Source: an uncultured Oscillospiraceae bacterium (GTDB lineage: Bacteria; Bacillota; Clostridia; Oscillospirales; SIG627). From it: a stretch of DNA of 64,000 nt. Of this stretch, positions 10,374 through 17,681 are shown piece after piece. A program made the translations under genes and the position numbers. The notes beneath the pieces were generated by a model, which worked only from the letters and a program-made list of their open reading frames with translations, made no database searches and was not told the DNA's origin. The DNA lies in assembly GCA_964558655.1 (NCBI GenBank), contig CAZLEX010000002.1, positions 1,600-65,599 of the forward strand. Reading direction: 5' to 3'. Within the stretch, counting starts at the first letter, position 1. Each line of letters opens with the position of its first letter.

Positions 10374-10569
10374 ATTCTGTGCAAGAACTTGCCGATAGAA
10401 ACTATAACATTGACCTTTGCCCTTATCCACACGAGGAAGAAGAAATTCTTCCATCTTATGAACTCATTTTGCAGTATCAGGAAAAGCGAGCAAGTTTAAA
10501 GCCGATATTGACCGAATACTCGAACAAATTACGGATATTTTAGGTATTGATTTTGAGGAAAATAAATGA
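10372..10569 (+). pseudogene. probable relic of the 3' end of an hsdM (type I methylase) gene, frameshifted
   Basis: Reads ...YSVQELADRNYNIDLCPYPHEEEEILPSYELILQYQEKRASL. After a 1-nt frame change near 10498 it continues ADIDRILEQITDILGIDFEENK*, with its stop overlapping the hsdS-2 ATG (ATGA). That is the usual hsdM-hsdS junction. The HsdM C-terminus assignment is from memory of the family. Confidence 0.45.
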
Positions 10570-12140
10570 CCGGACAACAGCTTAAAAATTCAATATTGCA
10601 GATGGCGGTTCAAGGTAAACTTGTGCCTCAGGATCCCAATGACGAGCCGGCATCGGTATTGCTTGAGAGAATACGAAAAGAAAAAGAGCAACTTATCAAA
10701 GAGGGAAAAATCAAAATAGATAAGCATGAATCTTTTATTTTCAAAAAGAATAATTCTTATTACGAAAAGCGTGGTTCAGAAATTGTTTGCATTGACGGCG
10801 AAATACCCTTTGATATTCCTGACAGCTGGCAATGGGTAAAGCTTAAGAATCTTGTTAGAAAGGAAATTAAGCGTGGTAAATCTCCAAAGTATGCAGATGG
10901 TGGAAATGTTTATGTTTTTGCGCAGAAATGTAATGTGAAACTTGGTGGAATTGATGTTTCGTTGGCCAAATTTTTGGATATGAAAGCATTTGAAAAATAC
11001 CCAATCGAAGAATATATGGTTAATGAAGATATAATCATTAATTCGACTGGAAATGGTACTCTTGGGCGAATTGGAATGTTTCGTGATACTGATAGAATAA
11101 ATGATTTTGTTATCGTTCCAGATTCTCATGTTACAATTATTCGAGCTTGCGACCAGTTGAAAAAAGATTATTTATTCTATGTTCTGAAATACTATCAACC
11201 TTATCTCGAAAAAGCAGGGGAAGGTTCGACCAACCAGACTGAATTACATCCTTCAACCATAGCAGAGTTATTTGTTCCTCTTCCGCCTGCTTGCGAGCAG
11301 GAAAGAATAATCGCAAAACTCTTGAAAGTTTTACATTATGTTGATGTGTACGGCGAAAAGGAAAAAGCACTGCAATCTTATAATGCAGACTTTCCGAAAC
11401 AACTCAAGAAATCCATTTTACAAGAAGCCGTTCGGGGTAACCTTGTTTCGCAAGATGAAAATGATGAGCCGGCAAGTGTACTTTTAGAACGAATTCGTGC
11501 TGAAAAACAAAAGTTGATTGCCGAAGGTAAAATCAAAAAGATAAACGAATCCGTCATTTTCAGAAGGGATAATTCTTATTATGAGAAGTTGGACGGAACT
11601 GAGTGTTGTATCGACGATGAGATACCGTTTGACATTCCGGAAAGTTGGTGTTGGTGCAGATTAAATACACTCGGCATTACGCAGACTGGGAATACTCCAT
11701 CGAAAACGCATCCTGAATATATTGGAAAAGATATTTCTTTTATTACACCGGGAGATATTCAAAATGGTAGCATTTGTTATAATAATCAAGCTTTATCATT
11801 TTTAGGAAAAGATGTCGCTCGTGTTTGCTCACCAAATTCTGTTCTTCAAGTTTGTATAGGCGGCTCTATAGGTAAAGCTGCTATAACAACTGCAGAAGTT
11901 ACATTTAACCAACAAATAAATGCAATTTCACCTCTCGTAGTAAATACTGAATTTGTTTATGTTGTTATGCAGTCCGTTTATTTTTTGAAAAATATAAAAG
12001 AACAAGCCGGAGGAACTGCAACTCCAATTATTAATCGAGGTGTATGGGATTTGTTATTAATTCCTTTACCACCCCTTGCAGAACAACACCGCATTGTTGA
12101 TAAAATCAAAGAATTACTTTCTTTGTGTAATAATCCGTAA
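10566..12140 (+). CDS. hsdS: type I restriction-modification specificity subunit HsdS (copy 2), CR-TRD-CR-TRD layout
   Basis: 524 aa with the same conserved regions as copy 1. Both of its TRDs differ from both TRDs of copy 1. Confidence 0.9.
   Translation: MTGQQLKNSILQMAVQGKLVPQDPNDEPASVLLERIRKEKEQLIKEGKIKIDKHESFIFKKNNSYYEKRGSEIVCIDGEIPFDIPDSWQWVKLKNLVRKEIKRGKSPKYADGGNVYVFAQKCNVKLGGIDVSLAKFLDMKAFEKYPIEEYMVNEDIIINSTGNGTLGRIGMFRDTDRINDFVIVPDSHVTIIRACDQLKKDYLFYVLKYYQPYLEKAGEGSTNQTELHPSTIAELFVPLPPACEQERIIAKLLKVLHYVDVYGEKEKALQSYNADFPKQLKKSILQEAVRGNLVSQDENDEPASVLLERIRAEKQKLIAEGKIKKINESVIFRRDNSYYEKLDGTECCIDDEIPFDIPESWCWCRLNTLGITQTGNTPSKTHPEYIGKDISFITPGDIQNGSICYNNQALSFLGKDVARVCSPNSVLQVCIGGSIGKAAITTAEVTFNQQINAISPLVVNTEFVYVVMQSVYFLKNIKEQAGGTATPIINRGVWDLLLIPLPPLAEQHRIVDKIKELLSLCNNP
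12066..12113 (+). repeat. perfect 48-bp direct repeat, copy 2 (inside the hsdS-2 3' end)
   Basis: Identical to 10324-10371. The offset between the copies is 1742 bp. Confidence 0.92.
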
Positions 12141-12147
12141 AATTCGG
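12138..12147 (+). repeat. right copy of the 10-bp direct repeat TAAAATTCGG flanking the hsdS array
   Basis: Identical to 8727-8736. It overlaps the hsdS-2 stop codon. Confidence 0.7.
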
Positions 12148-12174
12148 CATACACCTCTTTTTGAAGTGTATGCC
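12146..12174 (+). terminator. stem-loop after hsdS-2 (possible terminator, weak T tract)
   Basis: GGCATACAC-N11-GTGTATGCC. The downstream sequence is not a clean T run. Confidence 0.45.
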
Positions 12175-12277
12175 TAACTGTTTGCAGGGGATTTTTGTTT
12201 TATGTTTGTGAAGTGTAAAGAAAGTTTCGCTACGGTAATGTGTCAATACAGATTACATAAACCGGTAGAAAAATAAA

Positions 12278-12337
12278 GATGCTTTTTCAACAATTATGCG
12301 TCGCTTAACTTTGCGGAAGCTTTATATTGCAATTTTT
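12278..12337 (+). repeat. about 55-60-nt intergenic repeat, copy A
   Basis: GATGCTTTTTCAACAATTATGCGTCGCTTAACTTTGCGGAAGCTTTATATTGCAATTT closely matches 19661-19718, with a few substitutions or indels by eye. Confidence 0.75.
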
Positions 12338-12364
12338 TCATAGCAAAAATTCATAATATTTTTC

Positions 12365-12393
12365 TTGACTAAGCTCAAGAAAGGTTATATAAT
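12365..12393 (+). promoter_or_regulatory. sigma-A-type promoter for the 12424 gene
   Basis: TTGACT-17 nt-TATAAT. Confidence 0.55.
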
Positions 12394-12423
12394 AAAAAAG
12401 ATACAATTATTGCGGAGGTTGCC

Positions 12424-13014
12424 GTGGAAGATATAACAGTACCCGAAAAATATAAAAACGATTTTCAGAGAGCTCTTGACAAAGCTGTTGAACTTGGCAG
12501 TTTTTCGGATTCAACGCTTGCAAAAGAGTTAGATATAAGTAAACTTAATGCGGCGATACTTATAGGGTTTATGGATAAATACGGATTCCTTTTTCCGTCT
12601 GCCAAAAACGAGGTTAAGGCTGTAAGAATATCGCAGGAAGAATGGGATAACATCGATCGCGATATACGAAGGTATTCTCCCGAGCCCGCCGAAGAAAAAG
12701 AACCGGAATTTACACTCTCTCCGATAGAACCGGTTAAGGCACTTTATTCCAAGACGGTTGAGATTACTTCCGGAGGTGTGATGATATCGGATAAATCGGC
12801 TACTGTCTTTATTCCTGCCGACGGTGTGCTTGTACCTCATTTTAAAAAAGCGGGTTTTCTTTCCAAAGGATTTATATATTTCGGAGACAGCCGTCCTAAA
12901 AATGCGAGAATTGCAAGAAAGAGTACTTCATCGGTTATATTTCGGCGTTCTCTTAACGAAAAAATGGAATACCTTGTTACAAGCCTGATATCAGACATTG
13001 AAGAACGGTTGTAA
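12424..13014 (+). CDS. hypothetical protein with an FtsK-gamma-like winged-helix N-terminus
   Basis: GTG start 5 nt after GGAGG. Residues about 15-65 (ALDKAVELGSFSDSTLAKELDISKLNAAILIGFMDKYGFLFP) resemble the FtsK gamma/KOPS-binding wHTH pattern. The C-terminal half is unassigned. Confidence 0.55.
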   Translation: MEDITVPEKYKNDFQRALDKAVELGSFSDSTLAKELDISKLNAAILIGFMDKYGFLFPSAKNEVKAVRISQEEWDNIDRDIRRYSPEPAEEKEPEFTLSPIEPVKALYSKTVEITSGGVMISDKSATVFIPADGVLVPHFKKAGFLSKGFIYFGDSRPKNARIARKSTSSVIFRRSLNEKMEYLVTSLISDIEERL

Positions 13015-13145
13015 AAAATTCACCGCAAGCATAGAAAAGTATCTTTTTTCGAAAAAAATTCTTTTAAATTTTGTTTTTCCGAAAAAATTAAATTTGCGAT
13101 ACTTTAATTTTTTGCTTATTTTTTTAAAAAACTTCGATATTATTG

Positions 13146-13174
13146 TTGACAACAGCACATTTTGGTGATATACT
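13146..13174 (+). promoter_or_regulatory. sigma-A-type promoter for gdhA
   Basis: TTGACA-17 nt-TATACT with an extended -10 TG. Confidence 0.55.
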
Positions 13175-13227
13175 TTTTTATCATTTACGAAAGTATTTAA
13201 TATGCTGTATTGAAAGGATTGATTATT

Positions 13228-14577
13228 GTGAATGCATATGTTGAAAGCGTAATTGAAAAGGTTCGTACAAAATACGCAAGTGAGCCTGAGTTCGTGCAGA
13301 CGGTTGAAGAAGTTTTGTCTTCATTGTCTCCGGTTGTCGATGCTCACCCCGAGTATGTTAAAGCAGACCTTCTCAACAGAATGACAGAACCCGAAAGAAT
13401 GTTTTCTTTCCGTGTTGTTTGGACAGACGATAACGGAGAAGTTCATACAAATACGGGCTACCGCTGCCAGTTTAACGGAGCTATCGGTCCTTACAAGGGC
13501 GGTCTTAGATTTCAAAAAAATGTTTATCCCGGAATCATTAAGTTTCTCGGATTTGAACAGACCTTTAAAAATTCTTTAACCGGGTTGCCTATCGGCGGAG
13601 GTAAAGGCGGTTCCGATTTTGATCCGGCAGGAAAATCCGATGCCGAGATTATGCGTTTTTGTCAAAGCTTTATGACGGCACTTTACCGTTATATCGGTCC
13701 CGATGTTGATGTTCCCGCAGGTGATATCGGTGTCGGCGGAAGAGAGATAGGCTATCTTTACGGTCAGTACCGCCGTTTGAAAGGCGTATGGGAGAACGGG
13801 GTTCTTACCGGAAAGGGCACTACATACGGAGGTTCTCTTATTCGTCCCGAAGCAACCGGATACGGTGCAATTTATTATCTTAATGAAGTCCTTTCTCATG
13901 AAGGAGAAAGCATCAAGGGAAAGACCATAGCTGTTTCCGGCTTCGGTAATGTTGCATGGGGAATTTGCAAAAAAGCTATGCATCTCGGTGCAAAGGTTGT
14001 AACTCTTTCGGGACCTGACGGATATATTTATGATCCGGACGGTGTTTCGACAGAAGAAAAAGTTGCTTATTTGCTTGAAATGCGTTCTTCCGGCAGAAAT
14101 CGTGTTCAGGATTATGCCGATAAATTCGGAGTTAAGTTCTTTCCGGGACAGAAGCCTTGGGGAGAAAAAGTCGATATCATCATGCCGGCTGCAACACAGA
14201 ACGATGTCGGGGTGGATTCGGCTGAAAAGATTATCGCTAATGGCATAAAGTATTACATTGAAGTTGCCAATATGCCTACAACAAACGAAGCCCTCGAACT
14301 TTTGAGAAATGCCGACGGAGTTATTGTGGCTCCTTCCAAAGCGGTTAATGCGGGCGGTGTCGGTGTATCCGCACTTGAAATGTCTCAGAACTCCGAGAGA
14401 CTTGTATGGACGGAAGAAGAAGTTGATAAACATTTGCACGAAATGATGAAAAATATTCATAAGGTTTCAGCAGAAGCTGCCGAAGAATACGGTCTCGGTT
14501 ACGACCTTGTTGCCGGTGCAAACATTGCCGGATTTAAGAAGGTTGCGACTGCCATGCTCGAACAGGGTATATTCTGA
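13228..14577 (+). CDS. gdhA: glutamate dehydrogenase (hexameric Glu/Leu/Phe/Val DH family)
   Basis: Contains GGGKGGSDFDP (catalytic Lys box) and a GFGNVAWG dinucleotide fold. The start is probably GTG 13228 (AAAGGA 9 nt upstream) rather than the track's TTG 13210. Confidence 0.92.
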   Translation: MNAYVESVIEKVRTKYASEPEFVQTVEEVLSSLSPVVDAHPEYVKADLLNRMTEPERMFSFRVVWTDDNGEVHTNTGYRCQFNGAIGPYKGGLRFQKNVYPGIIKFLGFEQTFKNSLTGLPIGGGKGGSDFDPAGKSDAEIMRFCQSFMTALYRYIGPDVDVPAGDIGVGGREIGYLYGQYRRLKGVWENGVLTGKGTTYGGSLIRPEATGYGAIYYLNEVLSHEGESIKGKTIAVSGFGNVAWGICKKAMHLGAKVVTLSGPDGYIYDPDGVSTEEKVAYLLEMRSSGRNRVQDYADKFGVKFFPGQKPWGEKVDIIMPAATQNDVGVDSAEKIIANGIKYYIEVANMPTTNEALELLRNADGVIVAPSKAVNAGGVGVSALEMSQNSERLVWTEEEVDKHLHEMMKNIHKVSAEAAEEYGLGYDLVAGANIAGFKKVATAMLEQGIF

Positions 14578-14592
14578 TAAAAAGGTTAAACA

Positions 14593-14622
14593 AAAAGCCG
14601 TCTCACATGAGTCGGCTTTTTT
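14593..14622 (+). terminator. rho-independent terminator after gdhA
   Basis: AAAAGCCGTCTCA / TGAGTCGGCTTTT hairpin (one mismatch) running into a T run. Confidence 0.65.
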
Positions 14623-14632
14623 CGGTGATAAA

Positions 14633-15601
14633 ATGAAAAATATAAATTTTGGAATAATAGGGACAAATTTTGTATCCGATTGGTTTTGCGAAAACGCAAA
14701 AAGGACTGACGGAATAAACCTTGAAACCGTTTATTCAAGATCCGAAAATCAGGGGATACAATTTGCCGAAAAGCACGGAATTAAAAATCATTGTACCGAT
14801 ATGAAAAAATTTTTTTCTTCCGTTGACGCCGTATATATAGCAAGCCCTAATTTTTGCCACTTTGAACAGACTCGGCTCGCTTTGGAATCCGGAGTGCATG
14901 TTTTGCTTGAAAAGCCCGCGACTCTTGAAAGAAAACAATTTGAATACCTTTTGGAACTTGCCGAAAAAAAGGGGCTTGTATTGCTTGAGGCGATGCGTCC
15001 CGTACACGATCCGGCACTTGAAACAATACGGGCGGCAATGAAAGATATAGGCGTTTTACGCCGTGTATCACTTGAATACTGTCAATATTCATCACGGTAT
15101 GACGCTTTTAAACGCGGTGAAATTCTCAATGCATTTAATCCGGCTTTCGGCAATGCGGCTGTTATGGATTTGGGCTGCTATCCTCTATCGGTGGCCGTCG
15201 CTCTTTTCGGAAAACCGAAAATAAACGCGGCGTTCTGCGAAAAACTGTATAACGGTTTTGAGAGTACCGGATATACACTCCTTGAATTTGACGATGTTAT
15301 GGCAGATATCAGATGGTCCAAAATATACGAATCGGCAGGTTTTTCACAAATCACCGGAGAGAGCGGTTCTGTTCTTATAGGTAAAATTTCCACTTTGAAC
15401 AGAGTGGAATTATTAAAAAGAGGCGGTGAGAGAGAAATACTTTTGGGCGACAGGGAAGGCATGAATATGATTTATGAGATAAAAAATTTTGTGTCTGCCG
15501 TCAACAAAACTTTAAATATTTCGGATTATCACAAAATAAGTCTTATCGTACTTGAATTAATTGACCAAATCCGTCAAAAATGTTCAATAGAATTTAAATA
15601 A
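14633..15601 (+). CDS. Gfo/Idh/MocA-family NAD(P)-dependent oxidoreductase
   Basis: MKNINFGIIGTNFVSDWF is a Rossmann N-terminus, and an EKP motif (LLEKPATL) is present. The track ORF start at 14507 would overlap gdhA and its terminator, so I chose the internal Met. Confidence 0.85.
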   Translation: MKNINFGIIGTNFVSDWFCENAKRTDGINLETVYSRSENQGIQFAEKHGIKNHCTDMKKFFSSVDAVYIASPNFCHFEQTRLALESGVHVLLEKPATLERKQFEYLLELAEKKGLVLLEAMRPVHDPALETIRAAMKDIGVLRRVSLEYCQYSSRYDAFKRGEILNAFNPAFGNAAVMDLGCYPLSVAVALFGKPKINAAFCEKLYNGFESTGYTLLEFDDVMADIRWSKIYESAGFSQITGESGSVLIGKISTLNRVELLKRGGEREILLGDREGMNMIYEIKNFVSAVNKTLNISDYHKISLIVLELIDQIRQKCSIEFK

Positions 15602-15605
15602 AAGG

Positions 15606-15630
15606 TTATGCTTTGGCATAATCTTTTTTT
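15606..15630 (+). terminator. rho-independent terminator after the oxidoreductase gene
   Basis: TTATGC-TTTG-GCATAA followed by TCTTTTTTT. Confidence 0.6.
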
Positions 15631-15638
15631 ATTTTGTC

Positions 15639-15666
15639 TTGACAAATTATCATTTGTATGTATAAT
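15639..15666 (+). promoter_or_regulatory. sigma-A-type promoter of the P-type ATPase gene
   Basis: TTGACA-16 nt-TATAAT. Confidence 0.6.
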
Positions 15667-15671
15667 ATACA

Positions 15672-15689
15672 TATACCCCTATGGGTATA
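15672..15689 (+). promoter_or_regulatory. perfect inverted repeat TATACCC-CTAT-GGGTATA, a CsoR/RcnR-family-type operator candidate
   Basis: It lies 5 nt downstream of the -10 hexamer. The shape (AT-rich arms around a C/G tract, TACCC...GGGTA) matches my memory of Firmicute CsoR boxes. Confidence 0.5.
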
Positions 15690-15712
15690 AATTGATATAA
15701 AGGAGAACGGGT

Positions 15713-17560
15713 ATGAAAAAAATATTAGATGCCCTTGATGATTTTCTTGAGTTCGGAGGCTTGAGAAAGCAAATAATTTTACTTGTTGTAAGCGGGATAT
15801 CTCTGTTGCTCGGATTTTTCGATTTTTTGCCGTTTGATGCTTCGTGGATTGCAATAGTTTTATGCGGTGTACCGATATTGCTTGAAGCTTTTATTTCGCT
15901 CATAGAACGGTTTGACATAAAGTCCGGTATGCTTGTATCTGTTGCTTTGATTGCTTCGGTTGTCATAGGAGAAACTTTTGCCGCAGGTGAGGTTGCATTT
16001 ATTATGCAGCTCGGCGAGCTTTTGGAGCACTTGACTGTAAAAAAAGCAAGAAGCGGAATTGAAAAGCTTGTACGGTTGACTCCGAAGACTTGCAGATTAA
16101 TTGTCGACGGTGAGGAAAGAATTGTGTCGCCGGAAGAAATTAAAATCGGAGACACTGTCCGTATACTGCCCGGTGAGACAATAGGAGTTGACGGGATTAT
16201 AATTAAGGGTGAAACATCTGTTGATCAGTCGCTTATGACGGGGGAAAGTATTCCCGTTGACAAGAGCGTCGGAGATGAAGTTTACAGCGGAACGATAAAT
16301 CGAATGGGTGCATTTGAAATGCGAGCCGAAAAAGCCGTAAAAGACAGTTTCGCTCAAAGAATGGCACTGCTTGTTGAAAGTGCCGATGCCAAAAAATCAA
16401 AAATTGTCAGCATAACGGATCGCTGGGCGACATGGATTGTTGTGGCAGCTCTTGTGAGTGCGGTCGTCGCCGGAGTAATAAGTGCGGATATCACAAGAGC
16501 GGTTACCGTACTTGTTGTTTTTTGCCCGTGTGCACTTGTGCTTGCAACTCCTACCGCAATTATGGCCGCAATAGGAAATGCTTCGCGTCAGGGGTGTTTG
16601 GTTTCGAAAGGAGACGCATTTGAGCGTTTGGCAAAAGTCGATAAAGTATGCTTTGACAAAACGGGTACACTTACTTACGGAGAACCCGAAGTTATTGAAA
16701 CCGTAAGTCTTTCGGAATACAGTGCCGATGAAATTTTACGGTTTTGTGCAGGTGCCGAGCAGTTTTCCGAACACCCGCTGGGAAAAAGTATAGTAAAACA
16801 TTTTAAAGATAAAGGCGTTATTCCCGATGTGACAGACTTTGAAGTTGTTCTCGGACGCGGAGTTCGTGCAAAGTGTGAAGGAAAAACAATATGTGCGGGT
16901 AACGGCACATTTATGACGGAATGTGGTATCGATGTATCCGAAGCCGAAAAGAATATACCCGTAAGCAATGCTACGATTTTTGTATGTATAGATAAAGTGC
17001 TGGGCGGGTATATATCGATTGCCGACAAAATAAGAGAAGACAGTCAATCGACTCTTGAAGATCTCAAAAAAATGGATATTTCGGCAAATCTTTTGACGGG
17101 AGATAAAAAAGAAATAGCCGACAGACTTGTTTCAAATCTTGATATCTGTGAAATATGTGCCGAGTGTCTTCCCGAAGAAAAACTCGCATACATAGAAAAA
17201 TCACGGGATGCCGGCTTTGGCGTTTTAATGGTAGGTGACGGAATAAATGACGCCGCCGCACTGAAATGTGCCGATGTCGGAATCGCGATGGGAAAAGTCG
17301 GCAGTGATATTACTCTCGATGCCGCCGATATTGTACTTGTCAATGATGATATTTCAAAGATACCGTACTTGCTGAAATTGTCAAAAACCACTTTGAAAAA
17401 AATCAAACTGAATATAATATTTTCAATGGGGCTTAATTTTGCTGCGGTTATACTTGCCGCAACGGGATATTTGAATCCGATTGTAGGAGCACTCGTGCAT
17501 AATGCGGGTTCCGTTGCGGTTGTGTTAAATTCTTCGCTTTTGCTGAGATGGCATGAATAA
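15713..17560 (+). CDS. heavy-metal-translocating P1B-type ATPase without an N-terminal metal-binding domain
   Basis: Contains CPC in the TM helix (VVFCPCALVLATP), DKTGTLT, TGD, and GDGINDAAAL. No CxxC HMA domain precedes the first TM segment. Confidence 0.9.
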   Translation: MKKILDALDDFLEFGGLRKQIILLVVSGISLLLGFFDFLPFDASWIAIVLCGVPILLEAFISLIERFDIKSGMLVSVALIASVVIGETFAAGEVAFIMQLGELLEHLTVKKARSGIEKLVRLTPKTCRLIVDGEERIVSPEEIKIGDTVRILPGETIGVDGIIIKGETSVDQSLMTGESIPVDKSVGDEVYSGTINRMGAFEMRAEKAVKDSFAQRMALLVESADAKKSKIVSITDRWATWIVVAALVSAVVAGVISADITRAVTVLVVFCPCALVLATPTAIMAAIGNASRQGCLVSKGDAFERLAKVDKVCFDKTGTLTYGEPEVIETVSLSEYSADEILRFCAGAEQFSEHPLGKSIVKHFKDKGVIPDVTDFEVVLGRGVRAKCEGKTICAGNGTFMTECGIDVSEAEKNIPVSNATIFVCIDKVLGGYISIADKIREDSQSTLEDLKKMDISANLLTGDKKEIADRLVSNLDICEICAECLPEEKLAYIEKSRDAGFGVLMVGDGINDAAALKCADVGIAMGKVGSDITLDAADIVLVNDDISKIPYLLKLSKTTLKKIKLNIIFSMGLNFAAVILAATGYLNPIVGALVHNAGSVAVVLNSSLLLRWHE

Positions 17561-17621
17561 CAGATAAAAGTTTTTGTTACGGTAAACGGATTGTGATATA
17601 CAAATAAAAACAAAGTGACAA

Positions 17622-17660
17622 AAAGTGCACATGCAGGGGAAAGCTCTGCATGTGCACTTT
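17622..17660. terminator. bidirectional terminator between convergent genes
   Basis: 15-bp perfect stem AAAGTGCACATGCAG / CTGCATGTGCACTTT with a 9-nt loop, flanked by A and T tracts. Confidence 0.75.
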
Positions 17661-17681
17661 GTTTCAAAGAAATTATTCGGT

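Noticed and set aside
10334-10543. 69-aa plus-strand ORF between the two hsdS genes, considered as a possible small gene
   Set aside because: Its N-terminus reads out of frame through the hsdS-3' relic. Its middle is the hsdM-like tail. Its end is a frameshifted continuation. It has no RBS. I interpret it as pseudogene debris.
13576-14460. 294-aa ORF on the minus strand
   Set aside because: It is entirely antisense to gdhA, whose identity is unambiguous. Its composition is low-complexity and basic, as expected for a shadow ORF, and it has no recognisable motif.
14507-14632. Upstream extension of the oxidoreductase ORF (track start 14507)
   Set aside because: It would overlap the 3' end of gdhA and read through the gdhA terminator hairpin. 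The internal Met at 14633 gives a canonical Rossmann N-terminus.
15679-17667. 158-aa and 207-aa minus-strand ORFs
   Set aside because: They are antisense to the P-type ATPase gene. Their Ser/Ala/Ile-rich translations are typical of the reverse frame of a membrane-protein gene.
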